From: Lama guanicoe
Lineage: Eukaryota
NCBI GenBank assembly: GCA_013239625.1
Contig: MU054662.1
Span: 13,877,798 to 13,941,797, forward strand
DNA length: 64,000 nucleotides
Reading direction: 5' to 3'
This document shows, in pieces, positions 25,181 to 39,224 of this stretch (its first letter is position 1; each line of letters starts with the position of its first letter). The notes under the pieces were generated by a model. That model was not told the origin of the DNA. It searched no databases and worked only from the letters and a program-made list of their open reading frames with translations. Both the position numbers and the translations under genes were made by a program.

Positions 25181-27499
25181 CTCTGACGAGAGGATAAGAC
25201 GAAGACAGGGGGCCCAGGCCGTGTCCCCTTCGCCACAGCCGGGTGAGCGGCTCTCAGCTCCCTCTCGAGGGAGGACTGGAAATTAACGCCAGCGGGTCTG
25301 CAAAGCGGGCATGCACGTTAGATGGTCAACTGTTTACTCAGCCGTCTGCGGTTTCGAGGACAGGTTTCACTTTTTGAGTCCTGGTTCATTCTCTCAGTTA
25401 TGAAGAAAGAACTCCTTCAGGTATTGCGATCGGAGCGTCTGGACCAGGTGGTTCAGAAACCGTGAGCGGTATTTGGGGTGCAGGCAAACAAAACCCGTCC
25501 TCTGACGGGCTCTGAGCTTGGCCTCCCCCGAGTGAGACACCCCCATCACAGGTGGAAGCTGCTGCCAGCCGGAGACACGCCAGCGAGCCCTCCTCACGCA
25601 GGGGCACGGCCCACACCTCCGTGATCTCTGCAGAATCTCTCTGCGACGCCTGGGCGGCCAGGCGCGGGGCCTCCCTTGCCTCGGTTCTTTGTGCAGCCTG
25701 TGGCCACATTCCCCTTGGAGTTTTCCTTCTGAAGGTGAGGACTGAGGCAGGAAGAGCACAGCTGTGCTTTCCGACCCCAAATGCAAACAGAACATGTAAG
25801 TAGTCAGGAAAAATATTTTGACTTATACACAGAGCACACTCCTCTAGAAGCTACCAGAGAGATGGAACAATTCTTCTGCCCCAAATCCATGTCTTCCCTC
25901 CACACCGATCTTGTAAGAAGCAACTTCCCACTGGGACACTCGTGGCGCCTGAATGGTGGGCTGCACGACGCGGGCTGACTGGTCTACCCGGAGCCGGGGC
26001 CGGTGTGAAGCCGTGACCACCACTGCGGAGCCGGCAGAATGGCTCCGTCCTTTTAATTCCATGAAGATCTGGATGTAAAAGCCAATCCTGCTGTTTTGAT
26101 GGCTTCGTTTCTTTTCCTCCATCACTGCAATGGTGACACTTCTAAAAGGGACAGCTCCTTCCTCCGTGGAACCAACGGCATGGGAATTCTATGAAATGGC
26201 ACTAAATGTCCTCAAAATCAGAGGGAGAATGTAATTTAAGTGCCACTTGGATCTTCTGTACCCAAACGGCAGAACACTACCTGGTGACAGGCCTATAGTT
26301 TGGGGTAACACACAGTGGGGGAAAAATGATGGTTTTTCAACCATGTAGTTCAGGAAATTGACAATTTTAATAGCACACTTTTAGTGGAGAATCACGTAGA
26401 TCACCCACCCCACCCCCAGCTCTTTTTAGGTTGACAACATCCGTAGGACGTGAGAAAGCAAGGTATTTGTAAAAAAAAAAAAAAATCAGCATCTCTCTTT
26501 TTTCCAGAAATGGAGCGTCACAATGTGACAGGAGAGCAAAGGACAGCCTTGGAGGACCACCCGCCGGAGTCCGAGCTGGGTCAGGGAACTTGGGGGGGAT
26601 GGAGAGACCGTCGGTCTCCTCCCCAAACTGCTGTTTTATGTGAAGTATCACGGACTCCACGCTCAGTGGCTCAGAGCACCGTTGTTCTAACTAAAGAATT
26701 AAGCAAATGAATGCAGATTAAAGATAAATTACTCAAAATCAGTTAATTAATGAAAACGGGGCCCCTCCTGTGCACCCGGCACACCCACCTGAGAGCAGGT
26801 CCCCTTCCCTCTGGGCAGACCCGTAAGGGAGAGCCCGGCGGATGGGCACGGGCACCCGGCAGGTCTGGAGACCACCCGGGGGTCATGCAGAGAGAGTCAC
26901 GGAGAGTCTGGGAGACAACGGAGATACGGAAAGCCTGCAGGGCCCCGAGTGGGCGCGGGGTGTGAACGCTCTTAGTACGTCTCCATCTCCGTAAAATTAA
27001 ACCAGATAAAAAGCCTCTCAGGTCAGCAGATGGAGTACCTTGCTGATGGTGAAAGTTGTTTAAAAGCGGATCGAGTTTCAAACAAGCACCACAGAAACCA
27101 GCTTCCCCCACCGGCCACGGCTATTTTAGGAACAGCAAATGGCCTTTCAAAGCTCTGTCGATATCCAGCTTTTGTGGTGCGGGCGGCGTGTAATTAGGAC
27201 TGGACTCGGAAGCGTTGTCTGCACTCCCATCGCCCCCTTTTCTCCCGTTTGCCCTCGACCCACCACAACTGAGCTCTCAGATTCATCATCCCGCAAAGCG
27301 GCTCATCAAGGTCATCAGCTGCCCCATCCGACCAAACGGCCCAAGTCGCCGTGTCCCCTCTCCCCGCAGCCTGTAACGGAAGCGCTCTCCTCGTCAGGCG
27401 TCCGTGACGCCTCCCGCCCCCGCGCGCTTGCTGGTTCCTTTCTTGTCCACTAGGGAGGCAGTGAGATGACCCACAGAGACATGCCTGTGTTCTCCAGGC

Positions 27500-28660
27500 C
27501 GTCGCTCCTCCTTGGTCACCTTCCTGACCTCTGAAAGGAGTCCCCAGGCTCCGTCCTCAGTCCTCAACTCTCCCGTCCTCACACTGTCCCCCGGGATGGG
27601 CCTCGTGCAACAGCCTGGTTTCAGATGCGTTGTCTCCTACCTGCGCCCAGGCCCATATCCTTGACCTGGTCCAGGTTCCAGAGCACAAGATGCGTACCTC
27701 TAAGAGCCCACAGCAGGCTTCTCAGTCTTCACACACGCACGCAGGATGGAATCCCACGCCGGCTGCACCTGCCTCCCACCCCCTCCTTCCCTGAGATGCT
27801 CCCATCCCAGCAAGTGGCACCGTCACCTCCGACCAACGTGCTGGCCTGAAACGAGGGATTGTCTGCGGCCTCCCCCCTCCCCTCTCATCCTGTATGCCAA
27901 CCCCTGGTCGGTCTTCACCATTCTACCTCCGAAAACCACCACAGTTCCTCATCTTCTCCTGTCGAAATGGCTGCCACTCTGTTTTCTGTGGCGGTCGCTC
28001 ACCTGCATTATCTAAACAGCCTTCTCACCCACCTCCCTCTTTCCCTCCTGAAATCAGTTCGCCATCGATCAGTCAGGGGCCATTTTAACATTCAGAGCAC
28101 ATCCCTTCAGTCTGGTGCTTGAAACCTTCAATATCTTTCTACTGAATTTAGAATAAACGTCAAATCTCCCGCAGGGCCTCACAAGGCCTTAGGTGACCTG
28201 GTTCGCGTCAGTTGTGGGGCCCCCACCTCCTAAAGCTTCCCCGTTGTCACCATGTTTCCACCTCACGGCTTCCTTTCTGTTCCTCCAAGTCAGGCAACGC
28301 TCAGCGCCACCCCTGCCTCCTGCCCCTGCTCGCACCTGTCGGCATCTCCACCACGACCACACTGCGACGCAGCTGTCTCCCCCTCCGAGTGGCCTCACTG
28401 GGCTCCTCTGGCCACCCGAGCTGGGCGCTGAGGCCCATCGCCAGGGACTCTTGCTACCACTGCCTCCTTCACAGGAGGTCATCTCGGCACGTGGTCTGCA
28501 TGTCTGTTGCATCCTTCACATCAGTGAACACGGGAGGCCCCCTGCGAGGGTAAGGACTTGGTCTTCCGCATGGTCACGTCCTTGCACTCGCTATGCCTGC
28601 AGAGCAGCAGGCGATCCTACATTAGTGGATGAATGAATGAACGAGTAAACGAGGGAGTGG
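27500..28660 (+). mobile_element. L2 LINE, long 3' fragment
   Basis: C/T-rich L2 body (ggagtccccaggctccgtcctcagtcctc; ttagaataaacgtcaaatctcc; aaggccttaggtgacctgg) ending in the L2 tail tggatgaatgaatgaa. Confidence 0.8.
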
Positions 28661-28789
28661 ATGCACGCAGCCCCCCTGGACACAGAGACGGGAGAGCTGG
28701 AGGGCTGGGGAGGGTCGGCTTCCATTCCCGAGGGCTTAGTCAGGGATCCCTGACGAGGTGGCCGTGACATCGTGGATCCCACCTCACAT

Positions 28790-28930
28790 CAAGCTGTTTG
28801 ATCTGGGGAAAGAACGGGCTTCGGTTTTCTCACGTCTTAAGTGAGAGTAATAATTCTTACACTCACCGTGAGGACCCGGTAAGTGCTCGCGGCTACAGTT
28901 TCTATGCTGTAAGAGGCACTGGGACACTCT
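28790..28930 (+). mobile_element. MIR fragment
   Basis: gctgtttgatctggggaaag...gcttcggttttctcacgtcttaagtgagagtaataat. Confidence 0.55.
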
Positions 28931-29769
28931 GTCTCGTTCATGGGCTGTTTGTCTAAACACCTTTCCCGTATTAAAAACATGTCTGAATGGGGCAGCTTCA
29001 CCCTCTTCCATAGACTCTGTCTCAGAACTGCACCTGCCTTTGTCCTGTGGGCCCCCATGTTGGCCAGTTCTCATTAGGGAGGGAAGAGAACACGTGGCCT
29101 GACTGCGTGTTCTAAGTGCTTAGTCTCCACGCCGGTGGGGGTGGTGGAGACAGACGAGGGGGAAGAAACCAGGCTGTGCAAATCCTCTGGTCCCTCCTCT
29201 CCGAGGAAGTCAGTGAGCTCGCTCATCTGTTCTGCCACTGTCGTCTAACTGGCACGATCCTCGTTTGGCAGGCGGGCGCTGCTCCTGCTTCCGGCTGCTC
29301 TGCCGCCAAGCCAGAGTCCTTCTCAACTGACTTCATCCCAGGGCATCAAGGGGATGCAAAGTTTTGGGCGACGCAGATAAAGCAAAATTACTGGCTTTAT
29401 GCCGGCTGTTTCCTCAACTTTCCAGGAAGGAGCCCAGGAAGGGTTCAAGTTATTATTGGAATTTCACACTTCCTGTGGGCACAGTGGCTTAGATGACACC
29501 CTCCATCCACCCTACCCCCAGAAAGGATTTTAAAAATCATCCCGTGTATCGCATTCCTGCCCATTTACTATCAGCTGTGGAACAGATTGTCTTTTTTTCC
29601 ACAGAGTGTAAGCAAAGTCTCTCTCTGCTGCAGCCCAAAATCTGTTCTCAAAGTCTGTCTCTGCCATGTCTCTAGAGTGTTCCAGATTTAGGTCTATAGG
29701 ACTCACAGTCTGGTTTTTCAAAATTTAAGTAGCTATATATGTCTCGTGTGCACTGCTGCCAATCACTGA

Positions 29770-30214
29770 NNNNNNNNNNNNNNNNNNNNNNNNNNNNNNN
29801 NNNNNNNNNNNNNNNNNNNNNNNNNNNNNNNNNNNNNNNNNNNNNNNNNNNNNNNNNNNNNNNNNNNNNNNNNNNNNNNNNNNNNNNNNNNNNNNNNNNN
29901 NNNNNNNNNNNNNNNNNNNNNNNNNNNNNNNNNNNNNNNNNNNNNNNNNNNNNNNNNNNNNNNNNNNNNNNNNNNNNNNNNNNNNNNNNNNNNNNNNNNN
30001 NNNNNNNNNNNNNNNNNNNNNNNNNNNNNNNNNNNNNNNNNNNNNNNNNNNNNNNNNNNNNNNNNNNNNNNNNNNNNNNNNNNNNNNNNNNNNNNNNNNN
30101 NNNNNNNNNNNNNNNNNNNNNNNNNNNNNNNNNNNNNNNNNNNNNNNNNNNNNNNNNNNNNNNNNNNNNNNNNNNNNNNNNNNNNNNNNNNNNNNNNNNN
30201 NNNNNNNNNNNNNN
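29770..30214. other. Assembly gap (445 N)
   Basis: Run of N. The other gaps are 6716-6908, 10670-10854, 40988-41128 and 41302-41472. Confidence 1.
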
Positions 30215-30254
30215 TGATAAAGGGAAGAAGAAAAGAACCAACACATACAGAATG

Positions 30255-30420
30255 TTCACAATAAAACATAACTCTCACAACAAGTCTATGAAGGAGGCAT
30301 TATTATCCATATTTTGCAGACACAATAGAGAGGCACAGAGATGTCCTATAACTTGCTTGGCTGGCGAGCATTTTAGTTCTATTGGATCCCAATCCATTCA
30401 TTCTCACACCAGAATACCAA
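30255..30420 (-). mobile_element. MIR SINE
   Basis: ctctcacaacaagtctatgaaggaggcattattatccatattttgcagac...gaggcacagagatgtcctataacttgc. Confidence 0.75.
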
Positions 30421-31374
30421 CTCCTGACTAAGAGACTGTTTAAACTTTGGTCAAATTTACAAGTACCTCTAATGTGTCATTTCTTCATTGAGAGTGGTAA
30501 TAATTGTCACCTCCTACTTGCAGTGTCTCTCTATGTACAGGGTATTTTGAGAACCATGGAAGAAAGATGCACAGTCAGCAATGAAATGTTTTTAGAGGGC
30601 AGCATGCTCTCTAAATCCAGGATCAGTGGTTGCAGGATGACACAACATGTGTGTTTACAAAAGGAAAGGTACTCAATTCAGTAAGTCGGCTTTGCAAATG
30701 CTTAGCAATAAAAATAGCATGACAGGCATGCCGAGCATGGAGTTGTAGGAAGATAACTTCTCCTCAAATAAGTTGTTTAAAAAGTAGAAAAATCTCCAAG
30801 TTTTCTTAAAGAGCGCCAGCAACAAGCCTGAGTGAGTCAGAGAAGGACAAGATGGGAGGGCTGGAAGAAGACGTCCAGCTACTGCACTGCACATGTGCCC
30901 ACCCAGCCCGTGGTTCCACCTGCCTGTGAGGGAGGGTCGGGAGGTCTGCCCTGCCGGACAGAGGTAATGAGTGCTTAACACAAGGTTAAGGGCTGCGAGT
31001 AACTGACAGAGAGCGTCTACAAATTCAGAGTCAATGCCAATGACTCTTCAAATTAGGTCTAATAGCAGCTGCCCACATGGGATAGATTTGGAAGCCTCTG
31101 TGCATTTTCTAACTGACCAGACCCAGCGAGGCCTCTGCTGGGCTCCTCTGCCAGACGTTTCCTGTTTTCCTGCCCCACAGTAACTGTGCAGTTAGCCTGT
31201 TTAACAACACACTTGGAGCCATAACTCATGTCTACCTGGCAGAATGCAGAGAGCACTGTGATAGGAAATCCACGGTCTAGATGCAAGTCACCCACAAGCT
31301 AAATTTACAACCATGAACCGGAGTTACAGAAACACAGGCAGGGCCATTCAGAGCCAAGCCCGCACTCAGCCGAA

Positions 31375-31490
31375 GGGCTGAGAGTCCAGGGAAGTAGTCA
31401 GCGCGAGGACTCAGAGCTAAGGGGGTGGCAGAGCAGGCTGGACATCACCCTGCTGACCCACGGTCCAGGGCCCTTCCGCCACGCCATGGG
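31375..31490 (-). mobile_element. MIR fragment
   Basis: ctcagagctaagggggtggcagagcaggctgg...ctgacccacggtccagggcccttcc. Confidence 0.5.
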
Positions 31491-33094
31491 GCCTCAGTGC
31501 TTTCTCTTAGCTCCTGGGGTCCAAGAAATATTTGAAGTGGTTCAGTCTGCCTCCTCAAAACAAGATGACAGCTGATACAGGACTCTGAAGTGGCCAACTC
31601 TTCTGTCATTTAAAACGTATTTCCATCAAATTCGGTACAGGTCCCTAAAGGTTACAGAAATATGCAGCTGTAGTAAGTCTACAATTTACAGAATCTAGCT
31701 GTGCAGATGGGACCTGCGTTCCTAACGGTTCCACTAATCAGCTTTCTTCCTCTCTCAGTGTCAGAGGAAGGGCCACGGGGATTGAGATCGGTGGACATCC
31801 AGTGTTTCAGAGCTGATTTTGCTGGTGAGTCTGCTGAGTCTGCAGGCTGGTGGGGGGAGGATTTGGCTGTCCGACTAAGCAAAAAGCAAGTTTCAGTACC
31901 AGCAGAAACGACCGGGGCCAACTGGAATCTCTCGTCTCATAGTGTGATTCTGCAGGGGGCTCTGTCTCTACCATCACCGTTAAGTCTCTTCTCTTAAGAA
32001 ACATAACCGGGCACCTCTGGATGCCGGATCAGGACCCAGAACTAACACCCGACTCGGGTGGAGGGGCGTTTGGGGTTTGCTCGTAAGCTCCCGCAGTCCG
32101 CGCCCTGAGCTACCGGATTCCCAAATGTTCCTAACAAGGGGCGTTACGGCGGGTCCCGCCGCACACGTGAACAGGAGAAGTGGGCTGGAAGGGCTCCGCA
32201 CGGTCGCCCGTCCACACGCAGGGCTGGCCGGCCTCTGCTCCTCTCACCAGGCAGAGGACCTCAGTGGGTTCAGGCGACCATCCCTGCGGGGACAGGGGGC
32301 ACCAGCATGTGCTCTCTTGCTGTTGATTTTCCCCTTGTTTACCTCGAGCCAGTCAAGCCCTGCGCTATCACGACCTGTCAAACAGGCACTTTCAGACTTG
32401 AGAAAACCCGTCTAGCAATCACCTTTAAACCAGACTTCAGCCCCTCCTGATAGCTTTAATTACAGTCACGGCTGGCGTGGAGTCTGTGCAGTTTCCGTGT
32501 GTGGTTACAAATTCACGGTGTCGCAGGTGCGGCAGGAACAGGACACGTATTAATCCTGGAACCTCACGGTCTCATCCAGGTCAGGTTTAGATTTTTTTTT
32601 TTAATAAATACCCATATAACCGTCTGCTGGCCAGGCTTGGCAGACAGTCTGTTCATCTCAAAGGGCCTCCCTGTGGAAGGACTCAACAAACTTCCCTGTC
32701 ATCTTCGGAGTTCATTCTCTCCAAACTAGACTGGGAGCCAGTCCCACTCAAAGCAAAGGGCACTGAATGGCCACACCGAGCTACACTGAGAAATGCAGGT
32801 TATATATTTGAATTTCATTCGACCGTCTGTGCCAGGGAAGGGATAAACACGTGGCCGCTCCGTGCAGGGCTGGTAATAATTACTTGCCAATCAAATGAAA
32901 CTCTGAGAATGATAACCAGGTGGCAGCCTCAGACGCGTCTTCCATAGAGATTTTTCGTTTGCTCATTTGTCATGAAGTTTCTCATTTCTGTGTCTGTCTA
33001 GTTTCATAACACCGTGTGATCCGACCCCTGAAGCTGCGAGCTTGCACTGTGAGCACTGACCCCAGGGATCTCAGCCTCCAGGAGACATTCACTC

Positions 33095-33280
33095 ACACCA
33101 CAGCGCGCTAAGGACTGCGCTTGAAACACAACGTTGTTTCGTGTTTAATCACCCATCCGGGATGGACTGTCAATACCAGGAAACTGAGTCCCAGAGAAGG
33201 TTAAGTGTGTGCCCTGAAAGCGCGGGGAAAGTGAGCAGCAGGGCTGGGATCCGACTGCACGCGCGACCAACCCCACAGCC
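33095..33280 (-). mobile_element. MIR SINE
   Basis: ggaaactgagtcccagagaaggttaagtgtgtgccc...gcagggctgggatccga. Confidence 0.7.
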
Positions 33281-36200
33281 TCGTCCCCCACCAGCCCTTC
33301 ATCCTGGGCCTAACGTCTCCTTCCACCTGCCGGTCACGGCAGAAGGAAGAAGAGGACATGTGTCTGCTCAGCCTCACCCCAGCCGTGCGCCGGGCGAGCG
33401 CCCTCCAGGATGCCCGCGAAGGCAGGGCACTGGGAGTGCTCTGAGCTGCACACGGCCCCGCCCACACGGCTGGAAGGAAGCCCCCCCACCTCCCCTGGGA
33501 GCCTGCCGGCCATCAGACAGGACGCGAGCCGGACACGCCAAGGGAGGGTCGGGCTCGTGGGCTTGGGTCTCCTGGGGAGGCAGACTATTCCCAGAATAGA
33601 ACCGTGACAGCAAGCTTGTCCAGCTGCCGTGGCCCCCCGGGAAAACTCCCTCCCTCTGATGGAGACGAACGTAGCGCCGACGCGGGGACAGAGCGCAGTG
33701 GGGCCGGAGGGGTGGGCGTGCGTCTGGTGTCCGTCACACACACCCACCCTGCCTCAGGCGGGGGGCCCAGAGAGCAGACGTCAAGGAGGCCGAGATGGGA
33801 GGAGACCACAGGACCCAGCATGAGACTGAGGACCGAGGCGAAGCCCCCGACACTGCGCAGCCCCGAGCCGCCCGCCCCCTTCCCTCCACACCCCGTCACT
33901 TCCTCCCCTTCACTTTACTTTCGACGTGGGCCGACCTTGGAGCACGGCTGAGGACTGTGCCACCTGCTCCCCGCCCACTCTCCACAAATGCCTCACAAAT
34001 CATTGGCAGGAAAGAAAAAGTGTAGATCCGGCCACAAACACCGACCCTGCTGGGCGAGTCCGGAGCTGCGGGGAGCCCAGCCACCGTGCCCCCAGGGCAG
34101 GGAGGTGGGTGGCTGGGACGGGGCTGCGTGACCAAGTGGTGACTGAGCGTCGCCAGCACGGGCATCGGGCTCCGTCCAGGGGTCGGGGGTGGGCAGGGCA
34201 GCCCGAGCCGAGGCTGAACCTCTCACCCCTTCCCTGTGGGGAAGGCAGAGCTCAGTGCATCTGAAGAACATGACAGAAAATCTCAAGACAAAGGCCGAGG
34301 TTCTCCTGAGCCCAGGACGGGGCATCAGGAGGCGTCAGGGGTCTCCTCCTCCCTCCGTGCACAACCCCACCCGCTCACCAGGTACCAGGAGCCAGCAAGG
34401 CGGGGGCCCGAAGACATGGACACGTCTCCAGAGCTGGTGTCGCGGCTCCCAGCTCAGGTGTGCCGTGGAGCGGCCCTCCGAGAAAGACCCGGCCCCGACT
34501 CCACAGCGCCAGCGCGCACAAGGTCTGCGTGCGTCTGGAAGTGACGTTCCGTTTCCAGAGCAACCTCGTGCGGAGATGGCTTGGCCCTCCCACCATTCAC
34601 AGGTACGTGCTCCCGGCTGAGAGAGGACCACAAAGCGACGACCCTCCTAGGTTCCACGCACCGCACGTCCAGCCCCGGCTCACAAGGAGCAGGGCCAGGA
34701 CCCTCCATTGCGCGAGCTGCGTGCCAGTCACCCCCCTACGCGTCAGAAAGGCACTTTCCGGTTCAAAGGTAAAGCTCGGCCGTACCTAAGGACACAGCGT
34801 GTATGTTACCGGCTCCCCCGACATACAGACACACACACGTGCATACACAGCCCCACCACCATCAGCACATCCAGGGAGGCTGAGGGTGGACGTGACCCTT
34901 CCCGACCCGAAGCTCACTGACTCCTTTGTGAGCCCCACCCTCGGGGTCCACGTCTGTCTCTCTGAGATGGAGCCTCTTTCAGCAGCTGACATTAAAAAAA
35001 AAAAACGGACAATGAAAATTAGTCATCTTTGCCCACATTCAGTTTACCTCTGCCAAAAGCCACGGAAACACCATCGGGCTTTTTGAGGCAACTGGCACTT
35101 TGAAGGGAAGGTGGCGGAGTTAAGAGGGGTTCCAGCTAAGCAGCTAATTAGCTCGATTAAGACATGGGTCCCGTCTGGTTCTGCCCGAGGAGCGCCGCAG
35201 AACCGAAGTCCAGTTATTTCCTGTTCTCTCGACTGGCAGGCCCTCCTTCCACCGCCTCCACACGCTCCGCGCCCCGCAGGGCGACCTCTGCCTCCTGACT
35301 TAGCGCCCCATTAGCCGCCTGTCTGGAGGGGCGGCGCAGTGCCTGAGCACCAGTGCGGGGACACTTGGGTGCAAACTGGGCCTGTTCCCTGACCCAGCGT
35401 GAGTGTCCGCAGCGCCAGCAGCCTGTCTCACCAGCTGCAAAGATGGGAAATTGCACTCGCTCCCACCGCCCCCCACCCCAACCTAGGCGAGAATTAGTGC
35501 AAAGTCCCTGGGCAGTGCGTGGAGGCAGGCGCCCCTGCAGGGCCGGCACGGTGGTGTCTGTGACGTCACCGCAGGCAGGGAGCAGCGATAAACATCCTCA
35601 CACTCACCATCCCTTTGGTTCTTACTAGTCCGGAGAGAAAGCAGGGGAGGGGACGCAGACGGGAGAGGGGAGAGAGGTTCTGAGCATGGGGGGTGGCAGC
35701 GGGAGGACCGGGCTCGGGGCCAGGATCAACCACGAGGGTCGAAGGGAACTTAGCACCTCAGAGGCGAGAAGCACCTCCAGCCCCGCCCCTCCGGCCCCCC
35801 GGGCCCCCCTCAGCCTGAGCACCCCGGACCGCAGCCCACCCGGCTCCTGGCTGGGCTCTTCCTCTTCTTTGCCCGTCTTGTTCAGTAAATACCCAGCCCC
35901 AGCCAAAAACCCACCTCCTTCCCAGCCTTCCCGCGGCCCCGACGGCGGTGCCTGCCCAGGAGCCGGGTGCGCGGGGTCAGGAGGGCTCTGCCGGTTCTGT
36001 TTTCCGGGCGCCCACCGGTGAGCCTCCCGCTTGCAGGGTGAGGAGTGCGTGGGGTCCAGGCACCGAGCCCCACTGTGCCTTTGTTGCACCGACCGTGTCT
36101 GCTGATTACCGCGGTCTCTCTTTTCAGCGTTGGTGCTAAGGCCACAGTCAGGCAGCGGGCAGCCCGTGATTAATTAAGAATGAGCGACTGATCAAAACGG

Positions 36201-37164
36201 GCATTAGCTCTTTACAAAGCAAAGCAGTGGGCAGACTAAGGCCACCCAGTCGGATGGACTTCGGATTTTCAGAAGGAGGGAGAAGCTAACTATCAAAGGC
36301 ATTCCTAACCGTGGGCAGGAGGCCAGGGGGTCCCCTCGCGAAGCCTTCAGACCCGTCAGATCGGGCGCAGCCAAGTCTCAAGTGACTGAAAGGACTAAAT
36401 CAGCGCCCAGGGTACCCGGCTGCCCTCTCGTTTCCAAGAACGGGGAAGCAGGGGCCCCGCTCAGCCTGTAGCAGGAGTAATAGTTTGCTATGCCGTAAAT
36501 TAAATGGATCATCACGTCAGCGTGCCGGTGTCTTGTCCTTGTAGAAGAACACTTCGGAGTGAACGCAAATGAGAAATGTTTTACTAAACTCTTAATGTTA
36601 AGCCAATGATTTTACTCCTAGCAGGCGACAGTACAAGGAGACGCAAACTTGTCAGCGTGGAAAAGCTCCCGGAAAGGAATTTCCAAAGGAAGGCAGGGGC
36701 CAAGTCATCAGTGTGATGGAGCCCTGCGGCGGCGGAGGAAGCCTTTTAGCCAGGTGAGAGCAGAAGTAACTAACTGAATCAAAGCGCAGGGCCAGCTGGC
36801 ATATCTGCACTTCTCCAAGCACACACACCATACTTCATCGTGACGCAAGACACTGTTGCAAAGCACAGGAGTCATGAGCTGTAATGGAACGATACATCAT
36901 TGCACGAGGCCACGCCACGCACTCCAGACTCCGTGGGCTTGGAAGGAGTCCCGAGTCTCCTGCCGTTCGACGTGCACACACGCGCGCACACACACTGCAG
37001 CTTTCTGCCGCAGTAAACCAAACAGTAGGGACAGGCAAGGAAGACACGCACGGACGCTTCCCTGACCACGTGGCGTTGGGGAAGGAGCACTAAACCGAGT
37101 CGGAAGGCTGAGATCGGCACTGGCTCCTTGCCCACCAGCACGTGGTTTTAGGCACGACGTGGCC

Positions 37165-37580
37165 ACAGCGTGAATTAAGGATCCTTGGCTTTAGAACCGA
37201 AGTCGGGCGTTCAAATCTGGTATCAACCAGTTCACCCTCCGTGTCTTCATTCAAGCTATTCGGTCTAACGTAGCTCGATTTCTTCTTCTGAAAAATGGGT
37301 GGGGAGGAAGAAACTCAGGCCCTTACCCCCTTCCTCCCGAGGTGGTTCTGTGGGGTCAGCGAGCTCCGGCAAGCTCTCGGTGCGTCTTTAAGGCGCTCTC
37401 CCAGCGTCTGCTGCTAGCTTATTGGACAGCTTCGGACCTGCCCCTGCTGCTGTATCAGGTGGGGATTAAATTAACACCCTCTCCTGCCTCCTGACAGAGC
37501 TGCACGGGACCAGCTAAGCAAGCTAACACACATGCACACGTCTGAGAGACGGTGAAGCGCCTTGTGAAGGATGATTATGT
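37165..37580 (+). mobile_element. One or two adjacent MIR-family fragments
   Basis: ggctttagaaccgaag...gttcaaatctgg...tttcttcttctgaaaaatggg...gaggtggttctgtgggg, then ggggattaa...gcctcctgacagagctg. Confidence 0.55.
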
Positions 37581-38394
37581 TGGGTTAACCTTGAAGCCCC
37601 CAGCATTGCCCCACCACGGCGGGCTGGGTCTCCTCACAGCCAAACGCCCTTCAGCCCTCACTCCCGTGGCCTTGCACCAATGAGCCCGCCTGGCACATTC
37701 GCAATCCCACAAATGTCTCCGTCTCAATGTTCCATCTTCCGCTTCCAATTTAAATAATCGTTTGCATAGATCTGCATACGTTATACATTAGTTGTCACTT
37801 TATTTAGGCGTTTGGCTTGAAAATAATCAAGCTATTATTAACGCTCGTTTCTTTTTTTTTTCTTCCTCTATAACAAAAAATGTAATGTTCTTCTCTTTCA
37901 GGTAAAAGCAAAGAGTTCAAGAAGTAAAAACAAAACCAGAATAATGTAGTTGTGATGTGTGTCGCCCGCTTCCCACCTCACAAACCCTCACGCTCCACAC
38001 AGTGCCTCTCCGCCTGCACCTGCGTGATTAGTGGGGCCAGTCTGACCTTCCTTCCTGAGCTCCAGTGTTAGGAGAGCCTCCTTAGTTTTGGGGGGGGATG
38101 ACTGTGAGCAATGCTCCTGCTCACTCTGCAAACAAATTAAATGACACCTGGAAGCACACGCACATCTTACCAAAATTACACGACATAAAGCAAATGCCAC
38201 TGACGTCTGGGTGACCACGAACACGACAGCCCATCGCCCGCCGTTTCCCTTGTGTTGCGATCCTTTCTTTCAAATGCAAATTCACAATCACTTCTAAAAG
38301 GCTTCACAGTTTTCTGTCACATGCATGTATCATAATACATTTAACGTCTTACTTTAAGTTCTGATGTTTTACTGATAAAAGTGCTGTGCTGTTA

Positions 38395-38880
38395 TTTGAA
38401 AACATACACGTACATGTACTCTGTGATGCGACCGCCCTGCCCTGGGTCTCCACCCAAGAGAAACCAAAGCAGACTCTATACAGAGATCGTACACAGACGT
38501 CCGCGGCAACCTTGGTTGTAAAATCCCCAACGGCCATAAGCCAGCAGTCCCTCGGCAGGTGAACAGATACGCGAGCTGGGCACGCCGTACCGTGGAGCCC
38601 AAAGGCACACAGTGCGAGCGACCCTCGGGACGGTCACCCGCAACGGCAACAAAAAGAAGCTGAACACAGACCACGCGCCCGGCGTGATCCCATCCACACA
38701 AAACTCCAGGAGACGGGGTCCAGCCTCGTAGAAAGTGACAGTGTTTCCTGGGGGAGCAGGAGGGGGCAAGGGGCAGGGCCACCCGGGGTGGGGGAAGCTT
38801 CTGGGGGAACGGCTAAGTTCACACACTGACTGTGTGATTCTGTATGATTTTTGCTTTCTGCAGAATTCAAGTTTGATAAT
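38395..38880 (+). mobile_element. Old L1M (L1MB/MC-like) 3' fragment, GC-shifted
   Basis: aaacatacacgtacatg...acccaagagaaaccaaagc...caggtgaacagatacgcgagctggg...tgatcccatccacacaaaactccagga follows the L1M ORF2-end/3' UTR order. Confidence 0.7.
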
Positions 38881-39224
38881 CACAGCTTCTCGCCATTTAA
38901 GGCTTTTGTCAAAGGCTTTGTCAGGGCAGAACCGAAAACAGAGGCTCCATCAAAAATCTGGGTGATGCTCTTGCGAAGCAGTCTCTCAAAACCGGTTGCT
39001 CACGTGCCCTTAAGGGTGCCAGGTGCCTGCTAATTAGCTCACGCACTGATGATCGGTCTAAGATCACCCACTTTGCCTGGGCCATCCCCGCCGTGCGGCC
39101 GGTGCGCTGACCCCGCTTCCACGTTCTCGTGTGACCCAGAGCCTGCGCTTCCGTCTCTACTGCATCCTCGGGGCCGAGCTCCCTGGGGAGCTCCCGCCAT
39201 GGTTTCTCCAGCAGCTTCACTTAC

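Noticed and set aside
25394-26135. Protein-looking stretches (RSRFLNHLVQTLRSQYLKEFF; MEEKKRSHQNSRIGFYIQIFMELK)
   Set aside because: No convincing paired splice sites in frame and no recognised homology.
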